From the IMG/VR virus record IMGVR_UViG_3300049793_000365: DNA of 64,000 nucleotides; one strand, written 5' to 3'. The notes beneath the pieces are model-generated. The model saw nothing but the letters and a program-made list of their open reading frames with translations. It ran no database searches and was not told the DNA's origin. The translations under genes were made by a program, and so were the position numbers. Positions within the stretch are counted from its first letter, which is position 1, and every line of letters starts with the position of its first letter. Source of the stretch: an uncultured virus (IMG/VR IMGVR_UViG_3300049793_000365) (taxonomy: Duplodnaviria; Heunggongvirae; Uroviricota; Caudoviricetes). This document shows positions 29,406 through 38,554 of this stretch, in pieces.

Positions 29406-30014
29406 GTTATGACCAATTATTTTATTTAATTCCTTTAGTGTTACTAATTTAACCGTAGCATTGTCTGTATTAGTAAACAATAAGACATATAGAACCTTAT
29501 ATCGTGTATAAGAATATACTACTTTCCAACATTTATCCGGTACATATACACCTTTACCAATTTTCTTACTCTTAGCGTTAAATGTTCCACCGCATATAAT
29601 TAATAACGAGTCTGTTTGTGAGATATCCCTTATTTTAGTTTCCCAAACTTTCCATATACCTCTATTTAAATTTGGTGTCTGTGGTAAGCAATTGTAGTAT
29701 CTAAATGTTAGCTCATCTTTTATACAATCATTAGCAAAGTCTTCTGAATTAGCTAAATGACCCTTATCATAACCGCTTTTATTATAATCAGAAGCAGTGG
29801 CCATCGGTATTTTAGTGTCATTCTTGAAATTAAAATTCAATGAATCTCTATCACAATCACCACCAGCTTTAAATAGTGTGTATTCTACATACATTGGTTC
29901 TTTGTATTTGATTGAGTAGTGTGATGTATATATACCTTTCTTTATAATTGTATCAACCTGAGCAAAACCTACATAGCTTATTAAGATTAATAATATTGTT
30001 AATATCTTTTTCAT
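29376..30014 (-). CDS. DNA/RNA non-specific endonuclease (NucA/EndoG family) with signal peptide
   Basis: DY..SGYDKGHLA, N..PQ.P.LNRG.W...E; MKKILTILLILISYVGFAQ. Confidence 0.9.
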   Translation of the reverse strand: MKKILTILLILISYVGFAQVDTIIKKGIYTSHYSIKYKEPMYVEYTLFKAGGDCDRDSLNFNFKNDTKIPMATASDYNKSGYDKGHLANSEDFANDCIKDELTFRYYNCLPQTPNLNRGIWKVWETKIRDISQTDSLLIICGGTFNAKSKKIGKGVYVPDKCWKVVYSYTRYKVLYVLLFTNTDNATVKLVTLKELNKIIGHNLLLPSKKAN

Positions 30015-30036
30015 ACCATATATATCTGGTCAAAAA

Positions 30037-30068
30037 TTTGTATTTAACAATTAAATTCATTATATTTG
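30037..30068 (+). promoter_or_regulatory. Bacteroidota sigma-type promoter
   Basis: TTTG-N20-TATATTTG. Confidence 0.75.
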
Positions 30069-30072
30069 TATC

Positions 30073-30648
30073 ATGTTCTATTTCATAATATCAATATTGG
30101 TAATAGCCAACTTAGTGGTTAGTGGCTATCTATACACACAAGTGAATAAGAAAAATGAGGGTATTCGTAAAGAAATTTGCGAATCTAATGTCATTCTTTC
30201 TAAGCCACCACCACTTCCTAAGATTAAAGACATAGATCCTGAATACACTATGCTTAAGAATGTTATCGAGTCTATTAAATTGGAAGGTTGGGATAGCACT
30301 GTTACTGATGATAGAAGAATGCAGTGTTATGATGTCGTATTGATTAACCCTATGTCTACTATAACAGTCAAAGCAAGAATGCGATTGAATGATATCTACC
30401 CTGATACTATACACTTAGCTTGGTTTCATATAATGGTTGATGATGGTGTAACTAAAGACACTAATACCTTTGATAATGATGATAGATTTGTGAAATTCTT
30501 GGTTATAAAACTAATGTGGGATTATGTTCTAAACTATCATGAGAATGAGAATGAGAAAAGAAAGAGAGAACTTTCTAATTTTAAAGATGCTATCAACGAA
30601 CAACTTAAAACTCTATTGAGAGATAATAAATTAAACACGTTATTTTAA
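30073..30648 (+). CDS. N-terminally membrane-anchored protein with C-terminal tag (RDNKLNTLF)
   Basis: Hydrophobic N-terminus. Confidence 0.7.
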   Translation: MFYFIISILVIANLVVSGYLYTQVNKKNEGIRKEICESNVILSKPPPLPKIKDIDPEYTMLKNVIESIKLEGWDSTVTDDRRMQCYDVVLINPMSTITVKARMRLNDIYPDTIHLAWFHIMVDDGVTKDTNTFDNDDRFVKFLVIKLMWDYVLNYHENENEKRKRELSNFKDAINEQLKTLLRDNKLNTLF

Positions 30649-30992
30649 TGTTTCTTATTCTTAAGATATTAATGATATTTGGACCAATTTGCTTTGGTGC
30701 TTATATATTTTTCTCGATGATAATTACACATAGGGTACACAAGAGGAATATAAATACCTGGTCTAACTTCAATTCGCAATTATTAGAGTGGGCAAACGAA
30801 ATAACAGACCCTATGATGAAGCAAGAGTATCTAATATACGCATCCAGCTTTGTTATAGGAACTCTTTCTGATGCGATTGATAGTAAGTCTAAGATAGCTG
30901 AGTATAGGGCTGTCATATATCGAAAATGGGGTAGTCACATTCCATCACTTAAACAAGAGCTTAGAAGCGAAAAGCTTAAAAAACTTATTTAA
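30648..30992 (+). CDS. N-terminally membrane-anchored protein with C-terminal tag (RSEKLKKLI)
   Basis: Hydrophobic N-terminus. Confidence 0.65.
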   Translation: MFLILKILMIFGPICFGAYIFFSMIITHRVHKRNINTWSNFNSQLLEWANEITDPMMKQEYLIYASSFVIGTLSDAIDSKSKIAEYRAVIYRKWGSHIPSLKQELRSEKLKKLI

Positions 30993-31065
30993 GTAATTAA
31001 ACATTTCACCTTTTTAAATTATAATGTGTTAGCAAGTTAATATTGCAAAAAACTAATACAATGTA

Positions 31066-31755
31066 ATGATCCACATATTATGGTGTACACTACGACCTGA
31101 GCAATTTAAACAGATGCATTCTGTCTGGATGCAAAGAGCTAAGAATCCTTCGAATATAAAAACACACGTAGGTGTAAATTGGGATAAAGATGTTCAAGCT
31201 TTATCGAGTTATCTTAAATCAACTGACCGCTGTATTATAACTGATACACAAGGCAAAATAGGAGTTTGCCTACCCTCTTATTTATTATCATCATCATTTG
31301 AATATGATGAAAACGATATCATCGTATTTGCTTCTGATGATTTCTCAGCACCACAAGATTGGGATGAATACCTAATCAATAAACTTAGTGGAAAACAAGG
31401 TGGATTATTCGTTAGGGATGGTTATCAAATGCCTGACTCATCGAATATGCTTCACCCAGCTATCACCATTCCAATTATGACTGGTGGTTGTCTAACTGCT
31501 TTAAATAAAGCAATCTATCACCCAGCATATTCACATATGTTCAGTGATTGTGAGTTGTATATGAATGTTAAAGACTTGGGTATGTTAATCGATGATAGAT
31601 TAGCTGATACTACAACATTTGAACATCATCATTATGCTGCTGGTAAAAGAAATCCTGACCAAGCCGATGCTGCTTATAATAAAAATTGGGCAACTGATTC
31701 GGCAACATGGGATAGTAGAAAAAATATGCCCTTACAGGAGAGGTTGAAAGTTTAA
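31066..31755 (+). CDS. GT-A fold glycosyltransferase (GT2-like)
   Basis: IIVFASDDF..PQDWD, IYHPAY.HMFSD.E, FEHHH. Confidence 0.7.
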   Translation: MIHILWCTLRPEQFKQMHSVWMQRAKNPSNIKTHVGVNWDKDVQALSSYLKSTDRCIITDTQGKIGVCLPSYLLSSSFEYDENDIIVFASDDFSAPQDWDEYLINKLSGKQGGLFVRDGYQMPDSSNMLHPAITIPIMTGGCLTALNKAIYHPAYSHMFSDCELYMNVKDLGMLIDDRLADTTTFEHHHYAAGKRNPDQADAAYNKNWATDSATWDSRKNMPLQERLKV

Positions 31756-31756
31756 T

Positions 31757-32581
31757 ATGAAGAAAACTATTAAAATTGATTTTAGTGACTTCTGGGGTGG
31801 CTTTGATAAAACAAATAACTACTTCTATAATCTACTAAAGGATGAATTTGATGTCGTGATATCAAATAATCCAGACTATTTATTCTTCTCTGTGTTTGGT
31901 AACAATCATCAAAATTATAATTGTGTTAAGATAGCTTACTTTGCTGAGAATATACCGGCACCATTAGGATATTGTCAATGGGCATTTTCGAATGACTATT
32001 TAACCGATTCGAGAAATTATAGATTACCACATTATCTACTATATGATGGGTATTATGAGCTTGAAAGAGAAAAAATTATCGAAGATAGTTTAGCAAATAG
32101 AAAGTTCTGTAACTTCGTTGTATCTAATGGTGCTTGTGTTGAACGAAATAACTTCTTCAATAGATTATCTCAGTATAAAAAGGTTGATTCCGGTGGTCGT
32201 TGGTTAAATAATTTAGGCGCACCAGTTCCGGATAAAAGAAAATTCCAATCGGAATATAAGTTCTCAATTGCTTTTGAAAACAACGCATACAGACCTCAGT
32301 TTCCTGGATATACAACAGAAAAAATAATGGAACCAATGACAGTGAATTCAATTCCTATCTATTGGGGCAATCCTGTTATTGATAGAGAGTTCAATACTAA
32401 ATCATTTATTAACTATTATGACTTTAATGATGTAGATAAAGTTATTGAATACATAATAGAACTTGATAAAGATGATACGAAATATCTTGAAAAATTAAGG
32501 GAACCATGGTTTAATAATGGAATACCTGATCCTAATAAGGTTGATAATATCAAATCATTCTTATATAAAATTTTTGAATAA
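31757..32581 (+). CDS. GT10 alpha-1,3-fucosyltransferase-like protein
   Basis: KFCNFVVSN, YKKVDSGG, YKFSIAFEN, GYTTEKI, IPIYWG. Confidence 0.9.
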   Translation: MKKTIKIDFSDFWGGFDKTNNYFYNLLKDEFDVVISNNPDYLFFSVFGNNHQNYNCVKIAYFAENIPAPLGYCQWAFSNDYLTDSRNYRLPHYLLYDGYYELEREKIIEDSLANRKFCNFVVSNGACVERNNFFNRLSQYKKVDSGGRWLNNLGAPVPDKRKFQSEYKFSIAFENNAYRPQFPGYTTEKIMEPMTVNSIPIYWGNPVIDREFNTKSFINYYDFNDVDKVIEYIIELDKDDTKYLEKLREPWFNNGIPDPNKVDNIKSFLYKIFE

Positions 32582-32584
32582 TGA

Positions 32585-33133
32585 ATGAAATTACACTTGG
32601 GATGTGGGCATAAGAAGCTCGACGGATTTGTAAACATCGATACTCGAAATATCGAAGGTGTTGTTGACGTTGTTGACGATATCGGAAAACTAACCTCTTT
32701 CGAAAATAATACAGTTTCATTAATTTATTGTAGTCATGTATTAGAACATATTGGTAGACATGAGTATATGGTCATTTTACAAAGGTGGTATGAATTACTT
32801 GATAATGGTGGTACGCTTAGATTGGCTATACCTGATTTTGAAAAAGTAGTTGAACACTATAATAAATTTAAAGATATAGATACCATTCGTGGATTTTTAT
32901 ATGGTGGTCAAAATTATAAAGAGAACTATCATTACTGTGCTTGGGACTTCAATAAGATAAAGTTAGATTTAGAGTCAATCGGATTTTCTGAAGTTAAGAG
33001 ATACGATTGGAAAACAACAGAACATAGTCACATTGATGATTATAGCCAGTGCTACTTACCACATATGGATAAGGAGAATGGTATGTTGATGAGCCTGAAT
33101 GTTGAGGCAAAAAAATACACAAAAGGTTTATGA
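32585..33133 (+). CDS. Class I SAM-dependent methyltransferase
   Basis: KLHLGCG, IYCSHVLEH, GG.LRLAIPD. Confidence 0.85.
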   Translation: MKLHLGCGHKKLDGFVNIDTRNIEGVVDVVDDIGKLTSFENNTVSLIYCSHVLEHIGRHEYMVILQRWYELLDNGGTLRLAIPDFEKVVEHYNKFKDIDTIRGFLYGGQNYKENYHYCAWDFNKIKLDLESIGFSEVKRYDWKTTEHSHIDDYSQCYLPHMDKENGMLMSLNVEAKKYTKGL

Positions 33134-33816
33134 AAAATGTAATAGCTTATTCGATATGGGGTGAACACCCTATGTATTGGGTTGGTGCTGTTAGAAATAT
33201 CGAAGCAGCTCAGAAGTATTTTCCAGGATGGGTATGTAGATTCTATGTTGATAATACATCAAGACCAGATTTTATAGAAATGTTGAAGGGTGATAATGTT
33301 GAAATAGTAATGATTGACCCAACAGAGGCTTTCGCTGGTATGTTTTGGAGGTTCTGGGCGGCATCTGATAGTGATGTTGATATAATGTTGTCAAGAGATT
33401 GTGATTCTCGTTTAGGTGAGAGGGAAATAGCGGCTGTTACTGAATGGTTAAACTCTGATAAAGACTTTCATATAATGAGAGACCACCCTTATCATACAGT
33501 ACCAATACTTGGTGGTATGTGGGGTGTGAGAAATGGACTCTTGAGACCAAACAACATAGATATTGTTTCTATGATTAGTCAATGGACTCATTATTCGATA
33601 AAAGGATGTGACCAAGACTTCTTAGGACAGGTTATTTATCCTTTAGTTAAGAATAACTCAATGGAACATTCAGAATTTAATTTACAATATGGCGGAACAA
33701 TTAGACCATTTCCGACTACAAGGATAGATTATGAATTTATCGGTGATGTCTTTGACGAAAACGATATAAGACATCCTGATTATTGGCAGTTAATAAAAAG
33801 ATTCTATGGTCACTAA
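33130..33816 (+). CDS. Putative glycosyltransferase-like protein
   Basis: YSIWG, GMFWRF, SRDCDSR, FHIMRDHPYH, ILGGMWG, DQDFL. Confidence 0.6.
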   Translation: MKNVIAYSIWGEHPMYWVGAVRNIEAAQKYFPGWVCRFYVDNTSRPDFIEMLKGDNVEIVMIDPTEAFAGMFWRFWAASDSDVDIMLSRDCDSRLGEREIAAVTEWLNSDKDFHIMRDHPYHTVPILGGMWGVRNGLLRPNNIDIVSMISQWTHYSIKGCDQDFLGQVIYPLVKNNSMEHSEFNLQYGGTIRPFPTTRIDYEFIGDVFDENDIRHPDYWQLIKRFYGH

Positions 33817-33832
33817 AAATAAATTATAAAAA

Positions 33833-34378
33833 ATGATATTCAGATTTGATGATGTTTGTATCAACGCTAATATGGAGTTGATAAACGATATGACAAACTT
33901 TTTGTTTGATAGATTTCCGAATTGTACTGTACTTTGGGGTGTGTCTCCATTAGTACATGATATGTCAAGTACAACTGGTAAAACTTCTGAGAGAATTTTC
34001 CCTCAGATTCTAAACGCACACTCCGACCACAGGTTGTTTTTCAATGTTGACTTTGCTGGTATTCCAGCACTTCACCCTAAAGCAACTATGGCTGGTCATG
34101 GTTTGATACACGTTGACCATAGATTACTAACTTATGAGCAACAAGAAATGTCGATTATAATATCAGCAAGTCTTGTTAAGTCAAAAATATTCATACCACC
34201 ATTCAATAAGTGGAACTATGCTACCGATGCTATTTGTAAAGAACATGGTATCGAACTTATAAAATTCGAAGATGGATGGCTAAGTATGGAACACAATTCT
34301 TTTAACGATAAACATGATATGTGGTATTTACACGCTCGTGAGTTTAAGTTTGAAGATTTTAAAAAATGGTTTAATTAA
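33833..34378 (+). CDS. Polysaccharide deacetylase-like protein (DUF2334-like)
   Basis: IFRFDD, GHG..H, FIPPFN. Confidence 0.65.
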   Translation: MIFRFDDVCINANMELINDMTNFLFDRFPNCTVLWGVSPLVHDMSSTTGKTSERIFPQILNAHSDHRLFFNVDFAGIPALHPKATMAGHGLIHVDHRLLTYEQQEMSIIISASLVKSKIFIPPFNKWNYATDAICKEHGIELIKFEDGWLSMEHNSFNDKHDMWYLHAREFKFEDFKKWFN

Positions 34379-34379
34379 T

Positions 34380-34859
34380 ATGGGATTAGAAAAAGTAGTA
34401 TGGGGTGGCTCAGGTATTGAAAAATGTTTATTCGATTTCATCGCGGCTAAAATACCTGCTGGGTCAACAGTAATAGAACTTGGTAGTGGTGCTTGTAGTA
34501 CACAAGCATTGTCATCTATTTATACATTATACTCAATTGAAGATAATGGTAAATTCGTGAATGCTTATAATGGTAGCACATATATAAACGCACCGTTAGT
34601 AAATGGTTGGTATGATAGAGATATCGTTACTAAAAATATTCCGAGTAGTTACTCACTCGTGTTTGTTGATGGTCCAGCTGGAGAGGGTAATCGTTCTGGG
34701 TTATTGAATAATCTTGATTTATTTGACAGCAATGCTGTTTTTATCTTTCATGATATTTATAGAGCGCCAGAAAGACAATTGGCAATTGATGTTGCTAATA
34801 AATTAAATAAATCAGTTACCTTCTATGAAGAAGGTGATTACTGGGCAGTAGTAGAATAA
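34380..34859 (+). CDS. SAM-dependent methyltransferase-like protein
   Basis: VIELGSG.ST, VFVDGP, IFHD. Confidence 0.75.
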   Translation: MGLEKVVWGGSGIEKCLFDFIAAKIPAGSTVIELGSGACSTQALSSIYTLYSIEDNGKFVNAYNGSTYINAPLVNGWYDRDIVTKNIPSSYSLVFVDGPAGEGNRSGLLNNLDLFDSNAVFIFHDIYRAPERQLAIDVANKLNKSVTFYEEGDYWAVVE

Positions 34860-35428
34860 TGATAGTAACAGCGCATCAACCAAACTTTTTCCCGTTCTAT
34901 CCAATCTTTCAAAAGATGATAGAGTCTGACGTATTTGTTATAATTGAGAATTGTCAATTTGAAAAAAACAATTATCAAAATAGGTTTCACATAGGTGATA
35001 TCTGGTATACAATGTCAGTTAATAAGGGATTGGATCCAATACACACAAAGAAATATGTTTTCTTCGAAAAGGATTGGAATAGAATTAAAAGTTCTCTACC
35101 TAAATATAAAAATGTATTGAGCTTATTTGATGATTGTCTTTCCGATAATCTATCAGAGATGAATTCTAACATTATTAGAAAGTCTGCTTCTATACTTGGT
35201 ATAGAAACTAAGATAGTAGTTGATTATCCTACTGATTTAGTAGGTACTGATAGATTAGTAGACATCTGTGTTAGAAACAACGCTACTACTTATCTATCTG
35301 GAATATCGGGTAGTAAATATTTAGAACTTGATAAGTTTAAAGAACACAATATTGATGTTATTTTTCAGAATGAAAGTAACATGATTAAAAGACCATTGGT
35401 CGATATATTATTAGAAAAAATAAATTAA
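34859..35428 (+). CDS. WbqC-like protein
   Basis: AHQPNFFP, NYQNR, RLVDIC....TTYLSG.SG..Y. Confidence 0.85.
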   Translation: MIVTAHQPNFFPFYPIFQKMIESDVFVIIENCQFEKNNYQNRFHIGDIWYTMSVNKGLDPIHTKKYVFFEKDWNRIKSSLPKYKNVLSLFDDCLSDNLSEMNSNIIRKSASILGIETKIVVDYPTDLVGTDRLVDICVRNNATTYLSGISGSKYLELDKFKEHNIDVIFQNESNMIKRPLVDILLEKIN

Positions 35429-35431
35429 AAT

Positions 35432-36247
35432 ATGTTTGATAGAATAATAGTAAGTACAGATGATAGCCACTTTAAAGAATACTGGCCAATTGTAGCTACC
35501 GCATGGAAGAAGTTTTTTCCAAGTAAAAAAATATCATTAGCGTTTGTAACTAATAGAAATGAAGATGATGCTCTTGTTGTCAAAATGAGAGAGTATGGTG
35601 AAGTAGTTTTATACCCAGTTATCAACGGTATACCAACACCAAACCAAGCTAAGATGGCGAGGCATATTTTAGCTGGTACGTATGGTTCTGATGTTTGTAT
35701 GATTGAAGATATAGACACTGTTCCTTTACAAGCTGATTTTGTTGAACGAGTAACAGACCAAAAGGTAAGTGATAAACTACTAACCGTTGGTGTTGAGGTT
35801 TATAAGGGCAGTCCACATGAAGGTAAATTCCCTATAAGTAACATAACAGCAGAATCAAATATATTCAGCGAGATAATAAATCCTGATAATTTATCATTAT
35901 TAGAGTTATATAAGAGTTGGACTACTATGTATATATTCGACCACAAAGAAGCAGTCGTAAACAGCCCTGATGTATTCTCTGATGAGTCTTTAATGAGAGC
36001 ATTAATCACTAAATGGAATCCTGATAGAAGTAGAATAACTGATGCTGAAAGAAATGCTAATGTTCAAGTTGATTGGATTGACCGCTCATGGTGGAGAATA
36101 GATAATACTCGATTAAATAACGGTGAGTATTTTATTTGTAATTTCTTAAGACCATTTAGTGTTAATTACGCACACATAGAACCAATTGTACATTATATCT
36201 ACGGTAGAACCGATATATCAAAAGATGAAGTTGTTCTTAATGGATAG
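35432..36247 (+). CDS. Putative glycosyltransferase-like protein
   Basis: EDID DxD motif, FSDE, cluster context. Confidence 0.55.
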   Translation: MFDRIIVSTDDSHFKEYWPIVATAWKKFFPSKKISLAFVTNRNEDDALVVKMREYGEVVLYPVINGIPTPNQAKMARHILAGTYGSDVCMIEDIDTVPLQADFVERVTDQKVSDKLLTVGVEVYKGSPHEGKFPISNITAESNIFSEIINPDNLSLLELYKSWTTMYIFDHKEAVVNSPDVFSDESLMRALITKWNPDRSRITDAERNANVQVDWIDRSWWRIDNTRLNNGEYFICNFLRPFSVNYAHIEPIVHYIYGRTDISKDEVVLNG

Positions 36248-36803
36248 TTTAGATGATATATACAAACGAAAGTTTGGTAACACAGAAGAGATAACATCGT
36301 TGGGTTGGGGAAGTACTACCTCACAAGAGATAAGATTTTTAATGTTGATGGATATCAATGGGTTTAAAAGCGGCGATAGTGTACTGGATGTGGGATGTGG
36401 TCATGGTGATTTATCCTATTATATAAATAACTATACTGGTGTAGATATTAGAGAACACGCGATAAAAGTTGCTAATAAGAAATTCCAGAAAGCTAAGTTT
36501 ATACACGGTTCAATGAGCGATATCAATAATAATTTTGATTGGATATTTGCTTCTGGTATTTTTTGTTTTAAATCAGATAATTGGCACCGTGAAACAAATA
36601 AATTGCTTATGGAGATGTATAACAAATCTAATAAGGGAGTGGCTGTGAACTTTTTATCAAATCTATCTGATGGTAACAGAGACCCTGAGATGATGTATGC
36701 ATCAATAAGCGATGTATTCATGGCTATTGATGGTATCACAAAAAAGTTTAACATCAGACACGATTATAGACCAAACGATTGTACGGTTTATTTATATAAG
36801 TAA
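36240..36803 (+). CDS. Class I SAM-dependent methyltransferase
   Basis: SLGWGS..SQ.IRF, SVLDVGCGHG, FASGIF, RHDY. Confidence 0.85.
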   Translation: MDSLDDIYKRKFGNTEEITSLGWGSTTSQEIRFLMLMDINGFKSGDSVLDVGCGHGDLSYYINNYTGVDIREHAIKVANKKFQKAKFIHGSMSDINNNFDWIFASGIFCFKSDNWHRETNKLLMEMYNKSNKGVAVNFLSNLSDGNRDPEMMYASISDVFMAIDGITKKFNIRHDYRPNDCTVYLYK

Positions 36804-36804
36804 G

Positions 36805-37035
36805 ATGAATCAAATACCAAATCCAACAAGTGAAGATTTAAAGTCACCATTATTTTTAGCAATATGGGATGTCATTAAAACATGGGATATAAAAGCACCA
36901 GAATATCACGATGGTTATTGTGGTGGTAATGGTTCCCACGTTATGTTGATATTGAATGCAGTTAAAGAAGAGATAAGGGAATCAAAAATAGAAAATATAC
37001 TAAATGAAAATAGTAATAATACAGGAAGCAGGTAG
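36805..37035 (+). CDS. Small protein with tag (RESKIENIL) lying inside the glycosylation cluster
   Basis: ORF; FLAIWDVIKTWDI..P...GYCG.NGSHV. Confidence 0.65.
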   Translation: MNQIPNPTSEDLKSPLFLAIWDVIKTWDIKAPEYHDGYCGGNGSHVMLILNAVKEEIRESKIENILNENSNNTGSR

Positions 37036-37864
37036 GCACGAAGCCAACAAAGAATTCAGAGAAGCATTAAATCTAAAACGTGCATTGGATAGAATTCCCG
37101 GTGTTGAAACAATTGTTTGGGGATTAAATTATCCAAACTATACTACACCATTTAACGAAATTGAAAAGTGGTGTGATGTTATATTTCTTATAGAGAATTA
37201 TACAAGTGGATGGATACCTGATGTTATAGCATATTCTAATAAGTTAAAGATTTATTGGAGCATAGATAGTCACTGTGTTTTAGACCAACACGTACAGATG
37301 TCAAAATTATTTAAGATTAATATACATCTTAATTCTACTGAGAGTTATATACCGCACTTTTCTTTCTGTGATAAATCTTATTGGTTCCCTAACGCATACC
37401 CAGATGATTTAATTTATCATATGCCTGAGGTAGCTAAATCACATGACATTGGATTCTGTGGTAACTATCTAAATCGTGCTGACCATGTTAATTTCTTATC
37501 AAAGTATAATATACAAAAAGACATATTCGTTATTGGTGAGGCTATGGTGCGTTCTATAAACTCATATAAGATTCACTTCAATAGAAATATATCAAATGAT
37601 ATTAACTATCGCACATTCGAAACGACTGGTTGTAAAACATTACTTATGACTAACCACACACCTGGATTGGAAACATTATTCAAAGCTGGTGAAGAAATAA
37701 TTGTATATGATAGTATTCAGGATCTCGATGAAAAGGTTCAATACTATTTAGATAATGAAGCAGAAAGAAATAAGATTGAAACTGCTGGTTGGGAGAGAGC
37801 TAAGAAAGACCACACGTATTACGAGAGAGCTAAGACATTAGTTAATATAATTAATGAATACTAA
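37004..37864 (+). CDS. CgeB-like glycosyltransferase (GT-B)
   Basis: IGFCG, KIHFN, INYRTFE..GC..LLMT, DHTY..RA. Confidence 0.8.
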   Translation: MKIVIIQEAGRHEANKEFREALNLKRALDRIPGVETIVWGLNYPNYTTPFNEIEKWCDVIFLIENYTSGWIPDVIAYSNKLKIYWSIDSHCVLDQHVQMSKLFKINIHLNSTESYIPHFSFCDKSYWFPNAYPDDLIYHMPEVAKSHDIGFCGNYLNRADHVNFLSKYNIQKDIFVIGEAMVRSINSYKIHFNRNISNDINYRTFETTGCKTLLMTNHTPGLETLFKAGEEIIVYDSIQDLDEKVQYYLDNEAERNKIETAGWERAKKDHTYYERAKTLVNIINEY

Positions 37865-38082
37865 TGACACAAAGCTTTGGGATTGATGCATCTAAGATGA
37901 TGGAAGATTTACTTGTTGATGAGTTATCAAAGTCGATAAATGAAATGATTATACTTGATTTAATTTCACCAGAGACTAAACATATAACTGATACTAAGCT
38001 TAGACGAGCTATGATAGAAAGAGATAAAAAGATTAATACAATATTAGGAAATGACGATAATAAATTTAATTTCGATATTTAA
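37864..38082 (+). CDS. Small protein with tag (RDKKINTIL)
   Basis: ORF. Confidence 0.65.
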   Translation: MTQSFGIDASKMMEDLLVDELSKSINEMIILDLISPETKHITDTKLRRAMIERDKKINTILGNDDNKFNFDI

Positions 38083-38458
38083 AGATTACGGATATGCTCA
38101 TAGAGTTGAGCAAATGCCAAACATAGGTTTCAATCTCAAATTGGGTGACATTAATAGTAAAACGTGTAGTGAGTTTTATAACGTGCATCACTTTACCTGG
38201 AACTCAGATAGAAGGTCTGATAAGAACTTCTGTATATTTGAAGAACATGAGGTTTATGACTCAATGAATAAGAGGTGGTGTAATGAGAAAGGAGTTATGT
38301 ATTACTTCACTGATATAACAAGTGATAGTGGAAGTTATGATATATTTTCAGATGATAAATTGTCTGATTTTTTATCTTTTCTATATACCAACCACCTATG
38401 CAATGTATTTGGTAAACAAGCATTGCGAGACATGAAATTAAATTCATTAGAAATATAG
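38051..38458 (+). CDS. Hypothetical protein with C-terminal tag (RDMKLNSL)
   Basis: ORF. Confidence 0.65.
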   Translation: MTIINLISIFKDYGYAHRVEQMPNIGFNLKLGDINSKTCSEFYNVHHFTWNSDRRSDKNFCIFEEHEVYDSMNKRWCNEKGVMYYFTDITSDSGSYDIFSDDKLSDFLSFLYTNHLCNVFGKQALRDMKLNSLEI

Positions 38459-38554
38459 TTTTGTGTGAACTTCCGTTTCTAAAACGCCTATAATTCATTA
38501 CTTCTACGAAACACTTTACTTTGAGTAGAATATAATTAAAAATTAAATAAATGA

